From Atractiella rhizophila (Eukaryota): a stretch of 64,000 nt of DNA. The stretch is from the NCBI GenBank assembly GCA_021432655.1, contig MU271411.1, positions 1 through 64,000 of the forward strand, read 5' to 3'. Shown here piece by piece: positions 38,271 to 50,230 of this stretch. The notes below the pieces were generated by a model. That model did not search any database, had not been told where the DNA came from, and saw only the letters and a list, made by a program, of their open reading frames with translations. Every line of letters begins with the position of its first letter. Position 1 is the first letter of the stretch. Position numbers and translations under genes: made by a program.

Positions 38271-39153
38271 CACTCAACCAGCATTTCCACTCTTTCCAGG
38301 GGCTGAAGACTGCCACTGTGCATTTCTCTAAGGCGCGAGGTTCCAGGTTAGGAGAGTCAAAGATTATCGTGCTCAGGTCTTTCGGTCTTCAAATGGCCGC
38401 GTTGCCCCGGCGTTCGTTCCTTTCTTCTTCTGGAAAGACAGCACTTCACCATACAGATACAGTTCTCAATTCACCTGACCACCATCTGAACTATATATGT
38501 TTGGCAGTTTTCGGTGGCAGAATGAATGGTCAGATTCGGAGATGGGACCCATCTACAATGCAAGAACACACTTTGCAATACAGTTTGCTCACTTTGTACA
38601 CAGCCGCTAGTTCATCCGATCGGCATAATCCCTGCCCCTGCCGCTCGAACCCTGTGTGTCTTTGACCAACTCCTTGCAAGGAAAGAAACAATCAAGCAAC
38701 TTCTACTTTCTACTTTGAATGTTGCCAATCAGGTAAGTTACCGGCTGTTTCTCCATGGCCAAGTAAACTGAACACTGTTTCGAGCTAAGGCATTGTGAGG
38801 ATTGTCCGGACCTCAGTTACGATTCCTCGTACACGCACGCACTCACTGGACTTGGTGGCCCATCTTAACATATCTCAAGTCTTCTCTCTGGGTCTTTGGA
38901 TTGTTACCTCTCCAAGTCCACCCTCGCCAACCATTTTTTTTCACGTCACACATCTGCTTACCAACGGAGGCAAACGCGATTGGTAGATTGTGTAGTCAGC
39001 AGCAATTTTTTGTGGAGACCTGCGACTTAGACTTTGCAATTTTTCCCTTGTCTCTTGACATTCCAGAGACACCCTTTGACAAAGAACTCGGAGCATCAAT
39101 TGATGTGTTGGTGCCTCGTCGTCTACGTCTACTTCAATATTCAACGATCCATC

Positions 39154-40409
39154 ATGTCAAAACATTGCACACCGTATACAAACGAAGAACCTGATGATCC
39201 TGGGGAGATAACCCCAGATTCAATGGGGTCGACAAGCTCAAGCTCAACTCAAAGGCCGCATCCTTTCTTGACGCCAGAGGATATGGCACGAAACACGCTA
39301 AGTAAGTTTCTCCTGACTTTGTGATGTCATTACTGAGTGAAAAGTCGGCAGCTTCTATAGGACAGAATGGACGATCAACGAGTCTAGAAGAGTTTTCGAT
39401 GTGCCATACCCCAACTCATTCTTCAGTGAAAACACGGGAATCATTGTGGGCTGTCAGTTTCCCACGGCACAGACGAGAGCCTTCGATAACCCAAGGATTT
39501 TCATGGATTTATCGCGAATTATGGTATCCCCTCGTTCGCTTTGAACTCACCATCCTTGCCACCAAGTTGGACGACTCCAACCTTCGTATTAGGTCTTCAT
39601 TTCGGGCTGTATGTGAAGACCCAGTCGAGGACATAGTTGCAATAGGCGACGTATCAGACTTTTTTCACCCAGATCATGGCTTGGAAGGGAGGTATTATCT
39701 GGTTCATCGCGCTCTCACTTTCACAACGATCCGACGACCAGACCTGCTAGCGCGTCGTCTGCGTATCGAATCCAACAAGATTGGGAACGCGTCAAGTCGA
39801 TACGACTCGTATCTGCGAATGAGTTATTTTGCCAGACGCCTCCGAGACGTGAGGAGGGCTCTAAATCCGACGTTAGCCCTATCCGCTCTCGCAGCTTCAA
39901 TTGCAGCGAATCCTACGTTTGCCTTGGAGCTCAGGAGCGGCCTTGCCATCACAGGAACGGTAATCTCCTCCCTCTCATGTGGCCTGTATGCAGCTGGCGT
40001 CGGTGTCGAAATTTTGGAGGGCAGACTAATAAGGCTCATTCTCGATGCCTCTGCTCCGCCACCATCGTCAGGCCTCATTCGCACAGATATCCTGCGAATA
40101 ATCTCCTCTCTCAAACGCTGTTCAGCAATCTTCATCGCCTTAGCAGCCGTCGCGGCTTCGATTGCCTCGCATCCAGACATTCCCTATAGCACCAGCAGAG
40201 GTTTTGCTCTTGCTGGGATCGTACTTGCCGCCAGTGGATGTGTTCTCTACCTTGTTAGCGGTACAACTTACCTTTTCGCCGAGGACCGTATATCAGCAGT
40301 AGCAGAGAAGGATGAATCAGCGGAGTGGGAGTGGCCCTCGGTTCTTTCTGATCAAGCAGTGAATAACTTATCAAGCTTTGTTAGTAACGACCCATGCAAA
40401 CGCGTTTGA
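39154..40409 (+). CDS. Unrecognised protein with two repeated hydrophobic helical hairpins (~4 TM)
   Basis: Short first exon, GTAAGT intron at 39302, then a long open exon. Internal repeat LALSALAASIAANP..GLAITG / FIALAAVAASIASHP..GFALAG. Confidence 0.7.
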
Positions 40410-40584
40410 AATTGCGAGATATGTGCTGTAGTAGGCGAGTAGCATCCAGGAAGTTGAGTCATTTAGTTGACCAGCTAAACGCTCTCTTCGGATTCAGATC
40501 GAAAGAAGCCATTTTGTCAATTTGCACCATCACTATGCTATTATCTACAACTGTCCCCATACTCCAGCCTCCGTTCTTAACTGC

Positions 40585-41196
40585 TCACAACAGAGCGGTG
40601 ATGACAGTAGTAACCGCAGTAAGACCAATGACAGTGTATCCAGCGGTATAGCTCGTTTTCAAATTCAGAACTGCATTCATGATCACCACACTCCGCCCTT
40701 TGACTCGAGAAAGAAACATACAGTATCCTAGATCCCATCCCAAATGCCTGAAGCCGTTCCAGGTATGGAACCAAAAAGGCAACGCAACCGTGCCCTTCCC
40801 AAGCACCTTCAACCACTCCGGAAAGCTCGCGACCAGATTGATGAAGGTGTTGGCGTCCCATATACCTCCCAGGTAGCCGATTGAAAAACCGTAAAGAGCG
40901 GTAGAGAGGGCGACGCCGGTCACACGGTTAAAGATGGAAGAATACCATGTCAGCTGCGGCTGGTAGATTGTGAAGTGGGGAGAGATGGGGCGCTCGAGAC
41001 GGAGACGGGAAAGGTGGTCTGGAGGTGCGGAGGTGGTCTGGATAGGACGAGACGAAGGGCGCAGAACTTCATGTTTTTCATCATAAGCATCCTTCTCCTC
41101 AAAATGTTAGGACTTACGAATGAGAGAACTCGCTGATACGCTTGGACGGACTGAAAGGTGCAGCAACTGCCGTCTGGCGAGAGTCGAGGTAGCCAT
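40585..41196 (-). CDS. SDH3: Succinate dehydrogenase cytochrome b560 subunit
   Basis: Mitochondrial-type presequence MATSTLARRQLL, RPISPHFTIYQPQLTWYSSIFNRVTG and FHTWNGFRHLGWD. Confidence 0.93.
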
Positions 41197-41417
41197 TGTG
41201 GTTGTTGAAATTCTGATTGGTTGCCGGTTGACGACAGCTGATGATGATGATGTCACGTTATCCCGATTGTGCAAGCACTATCGAATCATGGAGCTTTTCC
41301 TGTAGTAGATATCTGAGCCCAAAATACATTCATTCGACTTATATTTTTCCATTAGTTTACATGCAAGCTACAGGTGCCAATTTTGAGACAGGTTTGATGG
41401 TCACTTAGCGTCGAAGT

Positions 41418-43905
41418 CTACTCTTCGTACTTATTCGTCTCTCCACTCTTTGCACTCTGCTGCAACAGAGCTCTTGGACAGTCCAGAGGATCCAGATCAA
41501 CCTTCCGCCCAGTTACATCACTGTCAGTCCGCTACAAGGAAACGTGCTCACCTCAAGCAACGTAATCTTATCCGCCCTTGCAAACTCCTCGTCCTTGAAA
41601 AAGATGTTCTCCAGTTCCCCCATCGTGCTCGCTTTCAGCACTCGGTATTGGCCTTCATGAGGACTGAACAGTTGGAGGAGCTGCTGCCATTTCCACGGTT
41701 GGACATCATTATATTTCCTCTCTTTCCTGTGCGATTATCAGTTTTACGCTCTGAATCCATTCTGCCGCGCGAAGGGGGGACAAACCCATGAATGAATCGC
41801 TCGATCGTATACCCCTTGTTCTCAAGAACCACAATGATAGGCTTGAGTCCGAGACGGATCATGGAGGAGACCTCTTGTACAGTAAGCTGGAAGGATCCAT
41901 CGCCGATAAAAAGAACAGTCCTTCGAGGGACTGGGCTTTCCTGAGCAGCAAGTAAACAGCCAAGCGTCGCTCCTCCCGTCCTATCGGCAACCTTCAACCT
42001 CACTTTCTTCTGAGAATAGAGAAGAGTCTCTACATACCATCCTATGCTACCCCACAGAACCTGTCCCACAAAGGTGGAGTTCTTCGGCATCTTCACATCC
42101 AGCAGACCGAACAGAGCCGTCCCAGTTTCACCAATGATAACGTCGTCTTCTTTGAAGAAGCGACCACAAGTCTGCCAGAACGTGTCCTGCTTGATCTGAC
42201 TGTTGGAGGAATACTTCTCCACTTCCATTTGAACGGCTTTGGGGAGTGGAGGTGCAGAGGAAGGATGGGAGAGACTCGCTGTCAGCTCTGGGAGGATAGA
42301 ATGGAACGATACGTTCTCGTACCGTCCATACTGGATTAAAACGTGGTCCGAGTGCAACTCGACTACTTGTTCAGTTGGGAACTTCCAGCTGAATGCACCA
42401 GAGTTAACTACAAGTTCGAATATCAGCGCAAATCTAAATGTGAGAGAGTCTTACAGTCGCTCTTGATGGTACCGATTGTAATGATAAGATCGGCTCTCTT
42501 TGACGTGCGGGAATGAAGTTTCGCCAACTGTTATCCCAAAACAAATCAGCATCACGGGCCCCACCTCGCCATCACCTGCAGCTGCATGCTCATGCTCGAT
42601 GAGAAGTCTGAATGCGTACTATAAACACCTGCAAATCCCTCTTCGGTCTCGCTCACTCCAGTCTTACCCATCGGGCTGCTGAACCACCTAACGCCGGTCT
42701 TGCGAATCAGGTCCCTGACGAGATGTACTACTCCGAAACGGATCGCACAAGCGTCCACTAGTATCACTGGATCTTTGGCGGCCGCCCACATCTTCTCAAT
42801 GCGACGCACGACGAAGGATTGCTCGTCAGATGAGATGGAGGTGCCAGAAGGGAGGAAGGGGTCAGATGTCAAGGCTCCTGCCCATAAAATGTCGTTAGAA
42901 GGTCTAAGCAGTAGTTGGCAACATGCCTTTAAACAATGGCTCTGAAAGTGGAGAGGCGTTGACCCACTTCTGTACGAGATCTGTGGGGAGGGTAAGGTAG
43001 GTGGGACGAGCCTTCATCATGCATATCTTATCAGCTTGTCTGCGTTGATAGAAAGCAAAAACTCACGGTTTTCAAAGCATGCTTTATAGCCTTGTCCACC
43101 TGCACACCAGCAGATTCTGGTTTGGTAATATAAGCCTGATAGCTGGTAACATGTTCCGCGACTTTCTGATATGCATCAAAACGGCCATCCCCGAGCGTAT
43201 GGTGCAGAATAGCATGTCTCTCCTGGAGGTGAGACGCTGGTACGCCGACAATGTGTAACATGGGGATATGCTCCGAAAATGCGCCAGCCACACCGTTGAC
43301 GCAAGAGAGCTCGCCTACGCCAAAGGTTGTGCAGAGCACGCCTAGTCACCAGTCACACAAATATGTTAGGATGAGCCAAAAGGAGAGAAAAGCGGAGAAG
43401 AAGCCTAAAGACGAACCCAGACCGTATACACCACCTCGGGGAGGATTTTCTCCTTCCGACGCTTTCGAAGCAACGTCCTCACGAACCTGTTGAACCTGCT
43501 TGATTCGCGCGAAACCGTCTGCTGCGTAGCTTGCGTTCCTGCATGTTTTGCATATAGCTTAGCCTTCTAACATCAATCTCTCATGATGAATGAAGAACGA
43601 ACAATTCACTGAACCACACCATGTTCTCGTGAGCTTATGCTGATAGGCTGGACATGAAAACAGACTTGCAACATCCTACCCAATCAATAGTTTTGTGGTC
43701 CTCGATGAAATCGAGCCAGCCGAGGTTGAAGTCTCCAGGGACACCGAAGATTTTCTATCGACAGCCGAATTAGCACTCAACGCCGCAAACTGGATGCAAA
43801 GTGTGGCGGAAGAAAGAGGTGTACAGTGATCCCCAACTGCTCCAATCTCGCCAAGATGTAATACCCCAGCTTGATCTTGCCATTTTTCACGTATTCGCTC
43901 GCCAT
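41418..43905 (-). CDS. PDC1: Pyruvate decarboxylase (ThDP enzyme), many introns
   Basis: IFGVPGDFNL, NELNASYAADGFAR, TTFGVGELS..NGVAGA, LHHTLGDG, QVLWGSIGW, FIGDGSFQLTVQE...NKGYTIERFIHG. Confidence 0.93.
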
Positions 43906-44898
43906 GTTAACCCGATTTTATAGTACCAGGCAACTATCGCACGATGGATGACTTGCAGATAAGTAAGATGTTGGTCGTTTTTGATGGAAAGGAGGGGATG
44001 TCAAGGACATCGGTTCTGTTTTTATACGGAGTGGAATGAGTGACGTGAAGTTGAAAGGCTCCCGGTTTATGCCCGATATGTAACGATAAGGGGTCGCCGG
44101 ATCGAGCAAATGCAGGGGGAATGGTCATCGGACTGCACAATAGCGTAAGTTGGCTGGGAGTCTCTCAGCTCGGAACTCCTGAGGACGTTCATGAGATTGA
44201 TTGCTGAACGCTAGGTAGGTACTGAGATCAAGTTGTTGTCAAAAATCGACACGTGATAGCAGCACCACATGCAAAAGCATGTTTGTATTGTATTTGTGTG
44301 ACTTTTTGGAGGAAGAGGTAAGCCTCTGCCATTGCCATATTCGTTAAGATGGAGAAACCGGATGAGAGACTAGTTGCGCTGGAAGAGCAAGTTGAAACAC
44401 AATGTTGCTGAGGCTGAGGCTGACCTTCCAAAACAGCATCTTCACTCTGTCGCGTTGATTGACGTATCGCTCACATTCACATCATGATTGCACATTAGCA
44501 TTCGGTTGCCGGCGCAAAGCAGCGCTGAAACAACAACTTTGGTGTCACTCAACCTCTTCTGAACGAAAGAGTAATGAGCACGGAATGAAGTCATAGCGTC
44601 TAATCATTCGAGGCGTTACAGTACTCACAGGCTGTCGCAAGGAGTTTTTGTCTGACGTGAATAAGCAATTCGCTCTCGACTTGTCGAAATCGTGTTCAAA
44701 CGCGTCAAGAATGCGTCAAACGGCGAACATTTATCCGTGATCTACCTACTCTGTCTATGACTGCATTCGCGACTAGGCGACGCGACTGTTCTGCTTACCA
44801 ACTCAGGTGCCCCATAAAAAGGGTTAGGGGGAGCCATAGTGTGTAGCTGCAGTCCTGAGTTCGCCTGCCTACTACTCAATCTCAACCAGCAGTCAAAC

Positions 44899-46296
44899 AT
44901 GTATGCAGACTCGCTAAAAATTTCCGCCCCGAAACCTTTCAAAGTATCCATCCCTCAATCACAGGTCGACGACCTGCATGCCAGGGTCAGTTCAGCTTCT
45001 TTGGAGGCGTACACTTCGTCCATCCTAGCACTTTCATCTCCCTCCGAAACTCACAATTTTGACTACGGCATTCCCCCTACGATTCTTCAGAGCCTCTTTG
45101 AGACGCTCAAAAACGATTATGATTGGCGAAAGGAGGAAGAGGCGATGAATGCGATGGGAGAACATTACTTGATCGATGTTGATGGCATCGAAGATGAAGG
45201 GATCATGACCGTTCACTTTGTATGGCTCAAGAGCGAAAAGAAAGATGCAAAGACCATCATGGTCATCCATGGTTGGCCAGTGAGCAAGGAGTTCATTCAT
45301 TTTGCCTGTTGAACCTAATTTGATCAACAGGGGTGTTTTTTCGAAATGAGCAACTTTGCCAAATCGCTTCAGAGTACTTATAATGTCTTGGTGCCATCAC
45401 TTCCGGGTACGCATTCAAATCTTCTCACCTGCTCGCCATTCACAAATTATCGTTGATGAGGTAGGGTATACGTTCTCGAGCGGACCAAAAGCAAACCCTT
45501 TGAGCTTCACCTTCACTAAAGCTGCTGTCCTGCTCGATGCTACTGCGCACAGCTTGGGAATTAACGAGTACTACGTTCAAGGGGGTGAGCCCTCGAATGT
45601 TTCAGCATCGTACTTGCTTGATGACACAATTGCATTGGCAGGTGATTGGGGAAGCAGTGTGTGCCGTCGACTCGCTCAAATCTATCCAAATCGAGTCAAG
45701 GCTATTCGTATAGCATTGTTCCTCTACTCAAAATGACGAATCTCATGTTTCTATGTTTGTGACAGATTTGAACATGTACGATGGCGGTGACCATTGGCAT
45801 AAGCAGCTCTCAAAGAGCGACATTGACGAGATGCCAGATCTGGAAAAAAGAGGAGTGGAGCAAATGTACAAGTTTTTCGAACTAGGCGCTGGTTACGGTC
45901 AACTACAGGGTGAGTACATTGCCATTTCACCGGCACGAGTATATCTCACCTGTCGCAATAGGGACCGCCCCATATGTACATTCATCTTCCTTACTTTGGA
46001 GTGTTATCTCACGCTTCTCAAGACGATTGGTGCAGCTCTTTCACTTGATCCTCTTGCTTTGATAGCCTACGTGAGCGAGAAATTTTACCGCTGGAGCCCA
46101 CCAGAAACGAAACTCTCGCGATCGCATATCCTCTCCTGCATTCTGCTCTACCACTTCACCTCTTGCATCACTTCTTCTTTTTGGTTCTACTACATCCGGA
46201 GGCATTCACCTCCAGGAGACTTCGAGCTGGTAAGGAATGATCCTATAACGCAGCCACTGGCTTTCTCCTGCGGTTATTGGGAGATTCAGTGGCCAG
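44899..46296 (+). pseudogene. Microsomal-type epoxide hydrolase copy 1, 3'-truncated
   Basis: PKPFKVSIP, YDWRKEE, HGWP and QGG/DWGS are present. Homology to copy 2 stops at GYWEIQWP, before the catalytic His. Confidence 0.8.
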
Positions 46297-47253
46297 AACA
46301 TGAAAGTCTGTCTTTTCTGTTTGGGCGGCATCTTGAGCATGATTCGCTTGATCTCGTCCTTGAAACCCATACCCAACAACGTATCCGCCTCATCGAGAAT
46401 CAATCACTCAGAGACCGCAACCGACGATTCCACCATGGGCTCGGTAATGAGGAGATCGTTCATTCGCCCAGGAGTAGCAACGGCGATATCCCTCCTTCCT
46501 GAAGTCTTTTGTTTGTACCTCCGACCAAAAGCTGTACCAGGAATCCAGGAAGATGAGAGCACAACTTGATAGCCTCGTTCGCAATTTGAGTCGCCAATTC
46601 CGTCGTGGGTGACAAATTGAGAGTGCCGGTGGACTCTGAGGCAAATTTTCGGACGTGGGCATCCACCTCCTTTTGGTTTGCACCGGGATGGGCAGCACGA
46701 TAAGCTTCAGCCTGAAGACTGAGACTCTTGATCCTCGATCCTATGGCAGGGATGAGAAAAGCGACCGTCTTGCCAGTCCCAGTCTTGCTCTTCACCAGGA
46801 GATCCGGAGTGGGACGCTTGACCAATCCTCCAGTAGCTTTAACTGAGGGTTCGTCGGCATATAGATCGAGGCTCGACGTCGACGTGGAAGGTGCTGAGCC
46901 GACAGGGCCGCCCACGGAAGGATTTGCACTTCCGCGCTCGAGGAGAGAAATGACGGCCTCCTGAACGGGAGACATATGCTTGAAGGAGAAAAGAGCGGGG
47001 GTGAGAGCTTTGTACAACCCGGGATGGAGGGCAGACTCGACTGTCGACCATTTTCGACCCTGTGGTGCGGCCTCAGTCTCTGGAGCAGAAGACTCTTGTG
47101 CTTCCGACTCGGCTTCGGGAGCAATGGCGTAGGTGCGGTTGAAGGAAGTGAAGGAGAAAGCGAGAGGTTGGTGACGGGTAAGAGAGAAGGCGCTGGGAAC
47201 TACATCGGTAGGGTGACAGTTGAGCGAAAGAGGGAGTGAAGGGTCGGTGTCAT
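46294..47253 (-). pseudogene. Truncated MSS116-like DEAD-box helicase pseudogene
   Basis: MSPVQ, SKTGTGKT, SPTTELA (PTRELA altered), VATPGR (frameshifted), ILDEAD and RQTFMF, then it ends before SAT. N-terminus resembles a mitochondrial presequence. Confidence 0.82.
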
Positions 47254-48517
47254 CGCGGATTCGAGGTGGAGGTCGGAAAGCACCACGAAGCTAAGTTATG
47301 CTGTGTCCAATGCAGATTTAATAAAGAACAAACTGCTAGAAACAGAAAAGGGCTTACAGCTACACATGGTGCTATTCTGCTTCATCCGAGGGGCGCTCAT
47401 TTGGCTGCGAAAGTCCATTTATCGTCGCCGTTTCAAGTAATTTCGATTAGAATTAAAACTTTTACACCAAATTCAGCGTTTTCAATGAGGCGAAAGAAGG
47501 ATGGAGGGTCTGGGTCTGGCCTACCAGGCAACCGTGGAGAGGGAGGAGGAACAGTGCAGTTCCGCCCTGGGCTGCCAAAGAATTAGCAAACTGCAATAAA
47601 TGAAAGGAACGTGAAGGGAACGCACACAAAATGGGTCTTAATAATAAAAAATTGATGAAGCATGTTGCTTCATGCTGTCCCAGACCCAAATACGCCTCAA
47701 GCTTGGCCTTCCAACCACCGTCCAACCGTTGCAGCAATGTTGCAGCAATGTTGACAGATAGTTGTCCATTATTGGAATGTTTCCACATTTCCCAATGTTC
47801 TAGCAACAGTTGGGAAATGCGGTGCCAACGCTGTCAAACCAATTGGCAACGCCTCAAAATGCTGGAGCATTCGCAACGATTGCGCAATGCGGCACCCACA
47901 GTTTCAAAATGCGATGCCAATTGCTTCCCAACCACCAGCACTCAGGTCGGGATTTTTCAGGGTTGCAGGACCATTCTCAAGGTTGGGCTTGGAGACAATC
48001 ATTGTGTGAGGGATGGCTATGATTGCAGGATGATGCTGAAAAAAGGGGGTGGTCTAGCTATGTATTGAGGGAGATTGTTGAACATTTCGTGCATACTATT
48101 TCTTAACACAATGTTTAAGGAAACTAATTTAACGAACGATCAGAGTTTCCTTCCAAGTCAAACCCGTGTGCCATAAGTTATTCCATGTTCTAACGTCAAC
48201 TGTAAGCGCATGGGAGCCCCTCTTCTTAGAACGAACGGTTAAACGTTCTCGATCGAGGCAGGCGTACGCAGTTCATTTGCTTGACAGCCATGCTCCCCGT
48301 GTGGCTCGTTGATATCACGTTGATGATGGTGCTGGTGCGCAATCGATTTGACTCATGTTCATTTGCTAACTCCTTCAGTAAGGCTAACGCTGGCCTGTCC
48401 GCTGACTAAAACAGTTAGCTTACGAAGGTTGCACTTCGTTGCCACTTGCCATAAAAGTGACAGCATTGCGATTCTGCGATTACTGTGCGATACCAATTGG
48501 GATTTACCAAAGCTACC

Positions 48518-50060
48518 ATGTCTACTTATTCGTTGAAAATATCCACTCCGAAGCCATTCAGTGTGTCTATCCCTCAGTCACAAGTCGACGACTTGCACTC
48601 CAAGATCAGCTCAGTCTCATTGGAAACCTATGCAGCCTCTCTGCTGTCTTCTCTTCCATCTCCTTCGGAAGGCCTAAACTTTGACTATGGGTTACCCCCC
48701 ACTTTACTCTACACCTTAGTGGAGACCTTGAAGAACGACTATGACTGGCGAAAGGAAGAAGAAGGAATGAATGCTATGGGAGAACACTATTTGATCGATG
48801 TTGAAGGCATCGAAGATGAGGGGATCATGACAGTTCATTTTGTATGGCTCAAGAGTGAGAAGAAAGATGCAAAGACCGTGATGGTTATCCATGGTTGGCC
48901 AGTGCGTTGCGTTACCCTCACGTCTGCCCCTAATTGACGGCGATTGGAACGGCTAGGGCTGCTTTCTGGAGTTGAGGGACTTCGCTAAAGTACTTCAGAG
49001 CGAATATAACGTCTTGGTGCCTTCTCTTCCAGGTGAGAAGAGCTCCTCTACTCACTCGCGCAGGGCTGACAATAGGGCAGGCTACACATTCTCCAGCGGT
49101 CCTAAGGCTAATCCCTTCAGCTTCACATATACGAAAGCGGCTCAACTCCTGGATGCTACGGCTCGAAGTATTGGAGTTGACGAGTACTACGTGCAAGGAG
49201 GTACAGCTTTAAGCTACCTGCTATTATTACTGACTACTTACGCAGGCGACTGGGGAAGTCTGATGAGTCGACGCCTTGCCCAGATTTACCCGGATCGAGT
49301 TAAGGCTGTTCGTACGTTGTCGCCTATCCCTAGAGTTACTGCTAAGGCTGCATACTAGATCTGAACTTCATCAATTCTGGCGACTATAGTGCCAACATCG
49401 GAAAAGAGGAATTCGCCCAACTAAGCGATGTCGAGAAGAGGGGGTTAGAAAGAATGTCAGATTTCAAAGAATTTGGCGGTGGGTATTCAGAGATGCAAGG
49501 TACGCAGCCAATTTGTTCCCCATCTATGCCAACCGGGTAGACAGGCACTACACCATACGTTTGTGCATTCCAACATTTGGATTTTTCTAACATCTCTTAG
49601 ACGCTCGGCCTTGCCCTCAGTCTGCATCCCCTAGCCTTGATTGCCTATATCGGGGAGAAGTTTTACCGCTGGAGTTCACCTCAGACGGCGATCTCGCCCT
49701 CTCGTGTCCTTTCCTGTATTCTCCTCTACCATTTCACCTCCTCCATCACGTCCTCCTTCTGGTTCTACTACATTCGTAAACACCCCGCATCTAGTGACGT
49801 GGAGCTGGTGCGAAATGATCCAATCCATCAACCCCTAGCTCTGTCTATCGGATATTGGGAGGTTCACTACCCCACCAGAAAGATCGTTGAGAACACCAAC
49901 ATCAAGAATTTGAGAAGGTATAAGGTTCTTGAAAAGGGTAGCCATTTCCTCGCGTGAGTGTTGCTCTTTGCTGGAATGACTGACTTATCGGAAGCGCAGG
50001 ATGGAAGAACCAGACCTGTTGGCGCGAGAAGTGAGAGAGTTCTTCGCCTCTCTTCAATAA
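48518..50060 (+). CDS. Microsomal-type epoxide hydrolase copy 2 (apparently intact)
   Basis: EHN-like N-terminus, HGWP, VPSLPGY.FS, QGGDWG nucleophile motif, and GSHFLAMEEPDLLA C-terminus. Confidence 0.88.
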
Positions 50061-50230
50061 ATTCTATTGAAATGACGTATGATGGAAATATTGTTGCAAA
50101 TGAGACAGGCATGGTCAAGAAAGCAATGTAAAGTGAAATACCGAAATAGTGTACAATATACCATTCACAAACATATTCCAGAAAAGATAGCTCTATGTCG
50201 GGAAGTCTGACAAAATTTCTAACTTTCCTG

